From contig CAZQXM010000001.1 of assembly GCA_964597205.1 (NCBI GenBank), positions 1-51,633 on the forward strand: a DNA stretch of 51,633 nucleotides, written 5' to 3'. The translations under genes were made by a program, and so were the position numbers. Shown one piece after another: positions 16,153 through 24,637 of this stretch. The stretch comes from an uncultured Gammaproteobacteria bacterium (GTDB lineage: Bacteria > Cyanobacteriota > Vampirovibrionia > LMEP-6097). The notes beneath the pieces are model-generated. The model saw nothing but the letters and a program-made list of their open reading frames with translations, made no database searches and was not told where the DNA came from. Each line of letters begins with the position of its first letter. Position 1 is the first letter of the stretch.

Positions 16153-17412
16153 TTATCCTCCGAGGAAACTTGCTAATCCTCTTAAACTAGTTTGAAAAAA
16201 ATTAGATGAAGTCTGAATTGCAGCCTGCAAAGCAGTTTGAGCATTAGTGTATTCTTGACCAACTTTAGCAATATCAACATCTTCAATATTAGAAAGATCT
16301 TTAGTTAGCTTAGCTCCTAAATCAATCTCGTAAGCAGTAGAGGACTCTAATTTGTTAGCAAGAGATCCTACTTGACCACGAATATTACTCAACTTCTCTA
16401 AATTATAATCAGCAATAGTAAGTAAACTTTGAATAGTAGAAACGTTATTAGTGTTAAGAGCACTCTCTAGACTAGCGAACATACTTAAAAGTCCTGAGCT
16501 ACCACCAGTAGTAACACTAGGCTTCAATCCTAAATCGTTAAGCACAGACTCAGAAGAATCATTACTAATAGTTATTGAAGCGGTTGAACCGGTAGCGCTA
16601 CCGATAGGCAAACTAGTAGATAGATTTAAGAACCCGGTTGGACTATTGCGAGCAATAGAACCAAGACCACCATCAACTGGGAACTGAGCATTGATTTTAG
16701 TAATGACGCTACTAAGACTGTCACCGGCTGCAAGAGTCACAGTAGATGTAGTAATACGTCCGGCACCATCATTAACAGTAAATTTCAAAGTACCAGCAGC
16801 ACTAATACTAGGATTGACTATGACACCAGTAGCTTCAGCAGAGCTAGCTGAAGATCGTAATAGATTATTAAGACTTACACTAGACTGATTGCCATCATAA
16901 GATCTTTCACCTAGGTCAGACTCGCCAGCTTTATAGACAGCTGAGGTGAAAGCCGCGTTAGTAGCTAGTTTTAGCGGTGGAACATTCCCTTGAATACCAG
17001 AAAAAATATACTTACCAGCAGCTTTGGTATTAACCATCGACACCATCAATTCACCTAACTGGCGAACTTCTTGGGCTTGTAATACTTTTTCAGCAGCTCC
17101 ACTAGTACCATTGCTGGCAGAGACGATCAATTCACGTGCTTTGCGCACCAAATCTGAAATCGCAGTTAAAGCGCCATCGGCAGAATCGAGTTCGAGTTTA
17201 GCGTAACCAGTATTAGCTTCACGTTGCTTATTAGCTTCGATATCACCTTTGATTACCAGTGCTTTAGCAGCCTGCATCGGTGCTTCATAAGCATAGTTGT
17301 AGTTTTTGCCGGTACTAAGCTTGCTAGTAAGACCGAACAGCTTATTCTGACCGCGAGCGATTTGCTCGGTGAGTATATTTACTAGTTGATTAGTGCTTAA
17401 GCGTTCGACCAT
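16153..17412 (-). CDS. flgL: Flagellar hook-associated protein 3 (FlgL-like), copy A
   Basis: Flagellin-N-like terminus (...STGKNYNYAYEAP..AAKAL...), GKYIFSG motif and a flagellin-C-like C-terminus. Confidence 0.75.
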   Translation of the reverse strand: MVERLSTNQLVNILTEQIARGQNKLFGLTSKLSTGKNYNYAYEAPMQAAKALVIKGDIEANKQREANTGYAKLELDSADGALTAISDLVRKARELIVSASNGTSGAAEKVLQAQEVRQLGELMVSMVNTKAAGKYIFSGIQGNVPPLKLATNAAFTSAVYKAGESDLGERSYDGNQSSVSLNNLLRSSASSAEATGVIVNPSISAAGTLKFTVNDGAGRITTSTVTLAAGDSLSSVITKINAQFPVDGGLGSIARNSPTGFLNLSTSLPIGSATGSTASITISNDSSESVLNDLGLKPSVTTGGSSGLLSMFASLESALNTNNVSTIQSLLTIADYNLEKLSNIRGQVGSLANKLESSTAYEIDLGAKLTKDLSNIEDVDIAKVGQEYTNAQTALQAAIQTSSNFFQTSLRGLASFLGG

Positions 17413-17415
17413 AAT

Positions 17416-18681
17416 TTATAAAAATGTAAGAAAATCAAAAATACTCTGAGAGAATATTCTTGAAGAAATATCCAAAGTACTATTCAAGGCATTCTGAGAT
17501 TTGGTGATAGCGTTAATCGCTTCAGCGACCGGGATATCATCATTATCAGAACGTCTAACTTCTAGACTGATTTTTTCAGCAGCCTCATAACTCATTTGCG
17601 CATCGACCCGTTTAGTGAGATGTCCTAATTCAGCGCGCTTAGCTAGTACTCGAGAAATATTAGAATCTAAATCTGTTTGTGCACTCGATATAATCGCCGT
17701 ATCATTCAAACGATAACCAGCTTCAAGTTTACTTATAGTATCTAGCAGACTACCATCAGTACCACGATAAGTTCCAACAGTAAGCCCAGTATTAGTGATA
17801 GCCGTACCAACAGTAGTACCTGGTCTAACGGTGATTCGCGCTTGACCATTAGTGGAGTTGCCCGTAATTAAACTGGTATCTAGATTTAAATAGCCTGTAG
17901 GATACTGCCTAGCAATCGCACCGCTACCACCAGCAGTAACAAACGCATTATTAATACGAGTAACCATGGTTGCAAGATTGCTACCACTAAAAGTAATGTC
18001 ACCAGTATCTCTGACATTACCATTACCATCATCAATAATTAAGCGTATTTGACCAGTAGCAACTGGGTTTAAACCTGTACCAGTAGTGCCAGCTGAAGTA
18101 CCTTCGGCAGTTAAGAGCTCAGTAAGATCAACACTAGTCTGCAGACCCATTACTTGCCTTTCAGCGATAGAACCTTCTCCGCCTCTATACAACGCTGAAC
18201 GAAAATCTGCACCTTCTTGAAGAGTGACAGCTTTCTGATCACTACTAACACCAGAGAAAATATATTTATTACCAATTTTAGAATTAAGTAATTGAATAAT
18301 ATTGAGACCTTGGTTACGAACCTGCTCAGCTAAAGCAGCACGCTCAGTTGAGCCCATAGTAGCGTTAGTACCTTGAACAGCATCCTGTTTCATCTTGCTT
18401 AGAACTTCTTGTAAACCTGATAAACTGCTTTCAGCAATCTCAAGTTCAGACTTGCTTGAAGCACGAACTTCATCTAAGTGAGCATTGCGCTTAATGTTGC
18501 TAGTAAATTGTTGACTCTTAAGAGCTGCTAGAGGATCTTCATAAATAGACAACCTACGTTTACCGAGATTCATACGCTGAGTATCCTCAAAAAGACTTTG
18601 CTGATTCATCAGCACATGATCCTGTGCTAGAGAGTATTTTTGCGAACTAGATATTCGACCAAATTCTGGCATGGTAAGCAC
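17416..18681 (-). CDS. FlgL-like hook-associated/junction protein, copy B
   Basis: Paralog of 16153..17412 (NKYIFSGV, ARQYPTGYLNLDTSL vs ARNSPTGFLNLSTSL). The start may be the internal Met (MPEFGR). Confidence 0.65.
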   Translation of the reverse strand: MLTMPEFGRISSSQKYSLAQDHVLMNQQSLFEDTQRMNLGKRRLSIYEDPLAALKSQQFTSNIKRNAHLDEVRASSKSELEIAESSLSGLQEVLSKMKQDAVQGTNATMGSTERAALAEQVRNQGLNIIQLLNSKIGNKYIFSGVSSDQKAVTLQEGADFRSALYRGGEGSIAERQVMGLQTSVDLTELLTAEGTSAGTTGTGLNPVATGQIRLIIDDGNGNVRDTGDITFSGSNLATMVTRINNAFVTAGGSGAIARQYPTGYLNLDTSLITGNSTNGQARITVRPGTTVGTAITNTGLTVGTYRGTDGSLLDTISKLEAGYRLNDTAIISSAQTDLDSNISRVLAKRAELGHLTKRVDAQMSYEAAEKISLEVRRSDNDDIPVAEAINAITKSQNALNSTLDISSRIFSQSIFDFLTFL

Positions 18682-18856
18682 TTTAAGCCCATAAACAGGC
18701 TATTCTGGCTAGATTTGCTGTATTATTTAACCCTTCACCAGCACCCACCAAACGACTAAAAATTGCTATTATTGATTAGGTCAAGATACTTTATATAACC
18801 TAGCTTGGAGCTTTAGCTAGGCTCTAAAGTCTAGATCGAGATTTAAATAGGTAGAA

Positions 18857-20044
18857 ATGCTCATTCAGGACAGCATCTTAAGTAAATACGCCAGTGCCTC
18901 TACCGGCCCGGCTAATTATTTACCAGATCCCAAGAAAGGGAAAATCGCCGTTGCTTTAAGTGGTGGCGTTGATAGTTCTGTAGCGATTTATTTACTTAAA
19001 GAAGCTGGCTACGATGTAGTTGGTATAACAGCTTGGTTAATTGCTGGCACTGGTCGCTGCTGCGATACTGGTATGGTTGATGCTGTTAGAATTTGCGATC
19101 AACTTGGCGTCGAACATCATTCCGTAGATCTGCGTGAAGCTTTCGCAAAAGGCATCATTAAAGACTTCCACGAATCATACGCGCGTGGTGAAACTCCTAT
19201 CCCTTGTATTAGTTGTAACAACGATATGAAATGGGGACATCTCTTGGATTACAGTATCAACGTGCTTGGTGCTACTCATTTAGCTTCTGGACATTATGGA
19301 CGCATAGTAAAACTAGCCCATCCGCATCGAACGATGCGTGAAGATGGGCGTATAGAAAATACTGACGAGTATATTCTCTATAAATCTGCCCACGATAAAA
19401 AAGACCAAAGCTATATGCTCTGGGGTCTTAGTCAAAAACAACTCGCTCACACTTTATTTCCTTTAGCTGATATGGCGAAAGATGCTGTAAGGCAGATAGC
19501 AAGAGAGGCTCAGCTTTCTGTAGCCAACAAACCAGATTCGCAAGATATCTGCTTCGTTAGTGTTGGCATGACTAATTCTGACTATTTAACTAGAATCTTA
19601 GGTGAAAAATCTGGCGATATAGTTTTGATTAGTGATGGTACTGTGCTTGGTCAACACAAAGGTAGCTTTAATTATACTTACGGTCAACGCAAAGGTATAG
19701 GTATCGCTTACTCGGAGCCGCTCTATGTAGTAAAAATAGATCCTGAGCTTAATACAGTTTATGTTGGCACTAAGGGTGAACTCCTTTCTCAAAGAGCAGT
19801 TGGTAAAGATGCAAATTTTATTGGTGATGCTGAAATGGAAACAGATTTACTTGGCGAAAAATATTTTAATGCTCGTGTAAAAATACGCTACAACTCAAGC
19901 CCAGTTGCAGCTAAAGTTTATCCTGAAGATGGCGGACGCGTTAGTGTCGAGTTCGAAGATACAGTAGAAGCAGTAACTCCTGGACAAGCCATGGCTTTCT
20001 ACGGTGATGGTGACCGGGTTATAGGTGGGGCTTGGATAGCATGA
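18857..20044 (+). CDS. mnmA: tRNA 2-thiouridine(34) synthase
   Basis: SGGVDSSVA PP-loop, CCD.., IPCISCN and KDQSY motifs. Confidence 0.95.
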   Translation: MLIQDSILSKYASASTGPANYLPDPKKGKIAVALSGGVDSSVAIYLLKEAGYDVVGITAWLIAGTGRCCDTGMVDAVRICDQLGVEHHSVDLREAFAKGIIKDFHESYARGETPIPCISCNNDMKWGHLLDYSINVLGATHLASGHYGRIVKLAHPHRTMREDGRIENTDEYILYKSAHDKKDQSYMLWGLSQKQLAHTLFPLADMAKDAVRQIAREAQLSVANKPDSQDICFVSVGMTNSDYLTRILGEKSGDIVLISDGTVLGQHKGSFNYTYGQRKGIGIAYSEPLYVVKIDPELNTVYVGTKGELLSQRAVGKDANFIGDAEMETDLLGEKYFNARVKIRYNSSPVAAKVYPEDGGRVSVEFEDTVEAVTPGQAMAFYGDGDRVIGGAWIA

Positions 20045-20988
20045 TGACATTAAGTAAAAAACATTTACTATCGATTAATGATCTTAGTGTCGCGGAGATA
20101 GAAGCGATATTAGATCGTGGCGATCATTGGGCACATAAACCTAATAACCAACTTTCTTACACGCCGCGCCTTGATAATAATCCGATCATCTGTAATTTGT
20201 TTTTTGAAGCTAGTACTAGAACCAGATTTTCTTTCGAGGTAGCCGCTAAGCGCCTTGGTTATTACGTTCTGAATTTTCACCCATTTAACTCCAGCGTGCA
20301 GAAAGGTGAAACTCTCTACGACTCACTTAAGACTCTTGAAGCGATGGGAGTATCAGCAGCCGTGATTCGCACCCCTGAAGAAAGAGGACTAGAGGAGATG
20401 GCGCGCTCGGTAAATCTCTCTATCATCAATGCTGGTGACGGTAGCAATCAACACCCAACTCAGGGTCTATTGGATCTATTAACTCTTAGGCAACATTTCG
20501 GTAGACTCACTGGTCTGAAGATCGCTATTATCGGTGATATCAAACACAGTCGGGTAGCACAATCCAACATTAACGGTATTGGCAAGTTCGACTCGACAGT
20601 AATGCTTAGTGGTCCGCCACAATTAATGCCAGAAGCAAGTAGTCTGCCAAGTCATGCCCGCCTAGTAGGTATGGATGAAGCCATAGAAACTGCTGATGTG
20701 GTGATGATGTTGCGCGTACAAAAAGAAAGACATCTTGGCAGTATTTCTTACGAGAACTATTTAGAAGAATATGGTTTGAATAAAAAACGTGAACTGCATA
20801 TGTTAAAACACGCCATGATTATGCATCCAGCCCCATTCAATCGCGGCATAGAAATTGATGGTGATCTAGTTGAGTCTAAGCGCTCATTAATATATTGTCA
20901 GGTCTCTAATGGTGTAGCCGTGCGTATGGCGATACTGGAAGGGATATTAGCCGGAGATTTTTTAAGTATCAATGAGGTTGTTTCGTAA
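20032..20988 (+). CDS. pyrB: Aspartate carbamoyltransferase catalytic subunit. The start may be the ATG at 20041, which overlaps the mnmA stop as ATGA.
   Basis: FFEASTRTR, HPTQ, HSRV and HPAP motifs. The last codons and the stop lie inside MITE-like element A. Confidence 0.93.
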   Translation: MDSMMTLSKKHLLSINDLSVAEIEAILDRGDHWAHKPNNQLSYTPRLDNNPIICNLFFEASTRTRFSFEVAAKRLGYYVLNFHPFNSSVQKGETLYDSLKTLEAMGVSAAVIRTPEERGLEEMARSVNLSIINAGDGSNQHPTQGLLDLLTLRQHFGRLTGLKIAIIGDIKHSRVAQSNINGIGKFDSTVMLSGPPQLMPEASSLPSHARLVGMDEAIETADVVMMLRVQKERHLGSISYENYLEEYGLNKKRELHMLKHAMIMHPAPFNRGIEIDGDLVESKRSLIYCQVSNGVAVRMAILEGILAGDFLSINEVVS

Positions 20989-21168
20989 TGTCCGATAACT
21001 GCGTTACGCTCGCCCTCACAATGCTCGTTTACGTTTCAGTAAGGCTTTCGCCTTGTTTTTGTTTGGCTCAGCTGATTGAGCAAGCTCATCAGCAATTCGC
21101 CTTCACAAAAATAAACTCCGCTTGCTCGGGCTCGCAAGCCTTGTTCTCGAACATCACGAAACAACCCC
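20974..21168. repeat. MITE-like palindromic element family A, long copy in inverted orientation
   Basis: Termini GAGGTTGTTTCGTAATG ... CATCACGAAACAACCCC (15/17 complementary). Internal segments match the reverse complement of 33450..33574 and 42671..42793, with ~70 bp of extra central sequence. Confidence 0.8.
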
Positions 21169-21169
21169 T

Positions 21170-21982
21170 ATGACCAAGTTGATCAACCCTATCATCAAAT
21201 CAAATCGCGAAATCGCAGATAAGATTTACGAACTAGTAGTTGCTGGTGATTTTAGTAATTTTAAACCTGGTGCCTTCGTGCATATCAAGTGCTCAGGCGG
21301 TTTTGATCCATTATTAAGAAGACCTATAAGTATTTGTGATGTTAGGAAGAATGAGCTGGTCTTGCTTTATAGAGCTGAGGGTAGAGGCACTAGTTTATTG
21401 AGCGCATATAACGAAGGCGATAGTCTTGATATGCTAGCCCCCCTGGGTAATGGTTTTGATTTGAATGCCTCCGCTCCTGGTAGCACCGCACTATTAATTG
21501 GTGGTGGTATTGGTGTGCCGCCTTTATATTATTTAGGACGTTTGCTTAAAGAGCGCGGAGTTATAGTTAAAACTATTATTGGTTTTAATCAAGCTAAAGA
21601 TGTTTTTTATGCTGAAGAGTTTGCTGAACTTGGGGAGACTTACGTTAGCATAATCGACACCAACGTGTCGATTATGCGCTCTCAACCACAAGTGCAAAAT
21701 CTACATTACTCAACCGGTCTAGTTACAGACCTTCTTGATAAGGTCGGCTCTTGGGATCAACTCTACAGCTGCGGTCCTACAGCCATGCTTAAAGCTTTGC
21801 AAAAAAATATTAATCCAGAGAAAACTGCTTTCATCTCACTGGAAGAGCGTATGGGTTGCGGGGTTGGAGCTTGCCTTGCTTGTGTTTGTGATCTTAGCGA
21901 GCCAGAGCCTGGCGAGAAAGCATATGTACGAGTCTGCACTGAGGGACCGGTGTTTCCAATAAATGACATTGTGCTGAGATGA
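21170..21982 (+). CDS. pyrK: Dihydroorotate dehydrogenase electron-transfer subunit (FAD/[2Fe-2S])
   Basis: LLRRPISI, GGGIGVPP and C-terminal MGCGVGACLACVC cluster motif. Start moved to ATG 21170 (MTKLINP) because the track start at 21122 lies inside the repeat element. Confidence 0.85.
   Translation: MTKLINPIIKSNREIADKIYELVVAGDFSNFKPGAFVHIKCSGGFDPLLRRPISICDVRKNELVLLYRAEGRGTSLLSAYNEGDSLDMLAPLGNGFDLNASAPGSTALLIGGGIGVPPLYYLGRLLKERGVIVKTIIGFNQAKDVFYAEEFAELGETYVSIIDTNVSIMRSQPQVQNLHYSTGLVTDLLDKVGSWDQLYSCGPTAMLKALQKNINPEKTAFISLEERMGCGVGACLACVCDLSEPEPGEKAYVRVCTEGPVFPINDIVLR
21648..21677. repeat. Perfect 30-bp palindrome (13+4+13) inside the pyrK CDS
   Basis: GCATAATCGACAC-CAAC-GTGTCGATTATGC read directly. 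It encodes S-IIDTNVSIM-R in frame, within a segment longer than remembered PyrK homologues. Confidence 0.85.
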
Positions 21983-22002
21983 TAGAGATTATTGTTATAA
22001 TA

Positions 22003-22032
22003 GCAGAAATGTGACGTCAGTCACATTTCTGC
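22003..22032. promoter_or_regulatory. Perfect 30-bp palindrome with a TGTGA-N6-TCACA core between pyrK and grpE
   Basis: GCAGAAATGTGAC-GTCA-GTCACATTTCTGC. It lies 21 nt after the pyrK stop and ~30-36 nt before the grpE start. Confidence 0.6.
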
Positions 22033-22061
22033 GCTTTCAAGGCGAATGCAAAATCTAAACT

Positions 22062-22622
22062 GTGTATATGACTCAAAACGAAGACAACTTAAATAACCTA
22101 CATAAAAACGAAGATAGTTTTGTGGCTAGTAAAGCTGAGGATTTAAGAACTAATAGCTGCGCCACTGCTCCCACTGAGCTCGAATTACTTAAACAAGAAT
22201 TCGCTGAACTGGATGATAAATATAAACGCATCTGGGCGGACCAACAAAACATGCAAAAGCGCATGCAACGTGAACGTGAAGATACTTACAAATACGCTGC
22301 CGTCACTACTATTGAAGCGATATTGCCTGCCATAGACAACTGCGAGTTCGCACTAAAAAGTATCAACCCTAATACGAAGATCGAAGAAGTAGTTAAAGGC
22401 ATAGAGATGCTCAAAGCTCAACTCTTAATGTCTTTGCAGGGTATTGGACTAGAAGAAATCAATACCAGTGGTGTTTATAACGCTGAGTTGCACGAAGCAA
22501 TTAGCAGCATAGTGGATGCAACTAAAACTGAAGGTACTATCGTGGATGTAGTTAAAAAAGGTTTCAAACTAAGAGATAAGGTTGTAAGACCAGCGACTGT
22601 AGTAGTATCTAAGCAGTCATAA
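22062..22622 (+). CDS. grpE: Nucleotide exchange factor GrpE (start GTG 22062 or ATG 22068)
   Basis: Coiled-coil N-terminus, then DKYKR..AD..N..KR..RE and a C-terminal beta domain (GYKL.D.VvRPA-like: GFKLRDKVVRPATV). Confidence 0.9.
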   Translation: MYMTQNEDNLNNLHKNEDSFVASKAEDLRTNSCATAPTELELLKQEFAELDDKYKRIWADQQNMQKRMQREREDTYKYAAVTTIEAILPAIDNCEFALKSINPNTKIEEVVKGIEMLKAQLLMSLQGIGLEEINTSGVYNAELHEAISSIVDATKTEGTIVDVVKKGFKLRDKVVRPATVVVSKQS

Positions 22623-22625
22623 TTA

Positions 22626-23351
22626 ATGTTCAACTATAAACTAAGCCTTGAATATAATGGCGCGAATTTCTGCGGCTCGCAAATTCAAAACAATCAAGAT
22701 CTTAGAACCGTTCAAGGCGAGCTAGAAAAGGCGCTATCAATATATTTTAGAGAAGCCATTAGCTCTAGTTTCTCAAGTCGAACCGACGCTGGGGTGCATG
22801 CTTTAGGGCAAGTGGTGAATTTTAAAACTGAACATAAATTAGAAAATCTGGATACTAACCCCGATAAATTTCTAATTTCACTCAATGGCATCTTGCCTGA
22901 AGATATAGCAGTAGCCTCTATTACCGAAGTAGCTGAAGGCTTTAACGCTAGGTTCGATGCTAAGTCACGTGAATATCTCTATAAAATCTTTAACCGCAGA
23001 GCAAGACCAGTATTGCGCTTAGATAGCTTAGCTTGGGAAAAAGAACCCTTAGATTTCGATGCTATGGCTAATCACGCTAAAAGTTTTATTGGCACTCATG
23101 ATTTTCTTAAATACACTAAGCTTGAACCTGGTGAAGCTGCTAAGCCTAATTATCTCTGTACTATCTATGAGTCTGAGCTAATTAAAGAAAGCAAGATTTG
23201 TTTTAAATATAAAATTCGCGCTAATAGATTTCTTAGACATATGGTGCGCAAGATTGTCGCAGAGTTAATTGCTGTTGGCAAGGGTGAAGAGTTGTCAGGA
23301 ACTGCGATGGCGCCGGCGGAAGGGTTAACCTTGGTTAAAGTAGAATACTAG
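22626..23351 (+). CDS. truA: tRNA pseudouridine(38-40) synthase
   Basis: Y.G..F.G.Q and SSRTDAGVHALGQV catalytic motif. Confidence 0.9.
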   Translation: MFNYKLSLEYNGANFCGSQIQNNQDLRTVQGELEKALSIYFREAISSSFSSRTDAGVHALGQVVNFKTEHKLENLDTNPDKFLISLNGILPEDIAVASITEVAEGFNARFDAKSREYLYKIFNRRARPVLRLDSLAWEKEPLDFDAMANHAKSFIGTHDFLKYTKLEPGEAAKPNYLCTIYESELIKESKICFKYKIRANRFLRHMVRKIVAELIAVGKGEELSGTAMAPAEGLTLVKVEY

Positions 23352-23370
23352 GCGAAAAGTGCCATTTCGC

Positions 23371-23955
23371 TTACTGACAGGTATGTTCGTAGAGCAGTTC
23401 AGCTCCAGCTTTACCAAGTTCGCAAGTATCAGAATAAGTTTTCTTAGCTCCGCCTAGTAAACCACAAACCGGCTTATGCTCCAAACAAAAAGTGCTTTGG
23501 ACGGGAATAACATAGTCTTCAAGCGGCAGGTATGAACTGTCACTAACTTTAGTAAAAGTCTTGATGCGCAGTTCGCCATAGTTTACGTAATCGTCATTAG
23601 AACAGACGCTAACACTATTAGGATCTAAATCACAGTCTGCTTGAGATCTCTTCTGAGCTTGCGGTAGTTGCAAGCCAAAACTAAGACTAGGACCATCAAT
23701 TTCAATACTACGCTCACCTAGGATACGCAGTTCGATAAAATCAGTGCGCAATCTTGGCATGATCTGTGCCAAATAAGCTTCAGTAGGGACTCCTAGCACC
23801 TTGATTGAGTACTTGCTATTAGCGTAAAGCTTAAGCGGCGCTCTATCTCCGTACTGTATATCAAGCTGAGTTAAATCTGCGCGTTCAGTAGCTATAGCTG
23901 CCGAACTAAATAAGGCTAATAATAAAGTGCTTAGATTAAGCTGCCAGCTACGCAT
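23371..23955 (-). CDS. Secreted protein with a C-terminal Kazal-like cysteine motif
   Basis: Signal peptide, and C...PVCG...KTYSDTCEL......C at the C-terminus, which resembles a Kazal-type inhibitor domain. Confidence 0.45.
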   Translation of the reverse strand: MRSWQLNLSTLLLALFSSAAIATERADLTQLDIQYGDRAPLKLYANSKYSIKVLGVPTEAYLAQIMPRLRTDFIELRILGERSIEIDGPSLSFGLQLPQAQKRSQADCDLDPNSVSVCSNDDYVNYGELRIKTFTKVSDSSYLPLEDYVIPVQSTFCLEHKPVCGLLGGAKKTYSDTCELGKAGAELLYEHTCQ

Positions 23956-24055
23956 ATTAATAGAGATATTCTAACTCTACTTATATAACTATCGGATTAA
24001 CTAAGTCTAAAATTATCCATCACCTGGACTAGGTGAAATTACTTAAGGCAAACGC

Positions 24056-24637
24056 TTAGATATTGCACTCGCGTGGTGAGCGCAGAATCGCGCCGTCGGG
24101 TGCGATTCTACTATCAAGTCGCGCAACAATAGACTTCAAATCATCTATCTCTAATTGTTTAGCCTCTGCTTGAGCTTTGTATTTGGCGTTATCACGCTCT
24201 AGCTGCTCTAGCTTACGGCTAAATATATAGTTGTCTTCGACTTGCAAGTTTAATGAAGCGATATTATGCTCAAGCTGATCGATAGAGAGTCTCTGCTGTG
24301 ATTCACGCGCTTGAAACTCTTCTATAATCATTTGATATTGTCTAACTGCTTCACCAAGATAGCGTAGTGGTGAGAGTTCAGCGAATTGACTAAGCGCCGG
24401 TAGTATCTCACTATACTGCTCAGCACAGAGACTTAGATAACGAATATCATGCAAGCTCATACCCTTAAGCACTAAATCATGGATTTTAGCTATGGCTCTA
24501 GCGAGTGTATAGTAATAAGACTGTTGCGGCTCAGCAATACCAAGCTGATTCTCGTAATTAACCAAAACACTTTCAGTAATATTTAACTGATCACGAATTT
24601 CTTTACGAGAAATATATCTACTACTAAGATCCGACAT
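24056..24637 (-). CDS. MerR-like HTH protein with a long C-terminal coiled coil
   Basis: YISRKEIRDQLNITESVLVNYENQLGI...YYYT....I..I..L...GMSLHDI fits the MerR N-terminal pattern. The start overlaps the stop of the upstream SLH gene (TAATG). Confidence 0.5.
   Translation of the reverse strand: MSDLSSRYISRKEIRDQLNITESVLVNYENQLGIAEPQQSYYYTLARAIAKIHDLVLKGMSLHDIRYLSLCAEQYSEILPALSQFAELSPLRYLGEAVRQYQMIIEEFQARESQQRLSIDQLEHNIASLNLQVEDNYIFSRKLEQLERDNAKYKAQAEAKQLEIDDLKSIVARLDSRIAPDGAILRSPRECNI

Noticed and set aside
14354-17206. Plus-strand ORFs inside flgK and flgL (14354..14668, 15020..15430, 16451..16888, 17024..17206) and the alternate-frame ORF 14559..14780.
   Set aside because: These are shadow ORFs within well-supported flagellar genes, with low-complexity Pro/Ser/Leu-rich translations.
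18682-18856. Sigma-28 (TAAA-N15-GCCGATAA) or sigma-70 promoter upstream of the flgL-like operon.
   Set aside because: The best candidate on the minus strand (TAAA-N16-GCCAGAAT) matches only about half of the -10 element and has wrong spacing. A TTGACC hexamer lacks a convincing -10 partner. Neither is strong enough to report.
20988-21173. 61-aa ORF between pyrB and pyrK, and the track start for pyrK at 21122.
   Set aside because: Both lie inside the family A repeat element. The homologous element elsewhere (33436..33639 ORF) is intergenic. A PyrK-like sequence begins only at the ATG at 21170.
21983-22061. CIRCE/HrcA operator upstream of grpE.
   Set aside because: The palindrome present (TGTGAC-GTCA-GTCACA core) does not match TTAGCACTC-N9-GAGTGCTAA. 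It is reported instead as a member of the GTGAC palindrome family.
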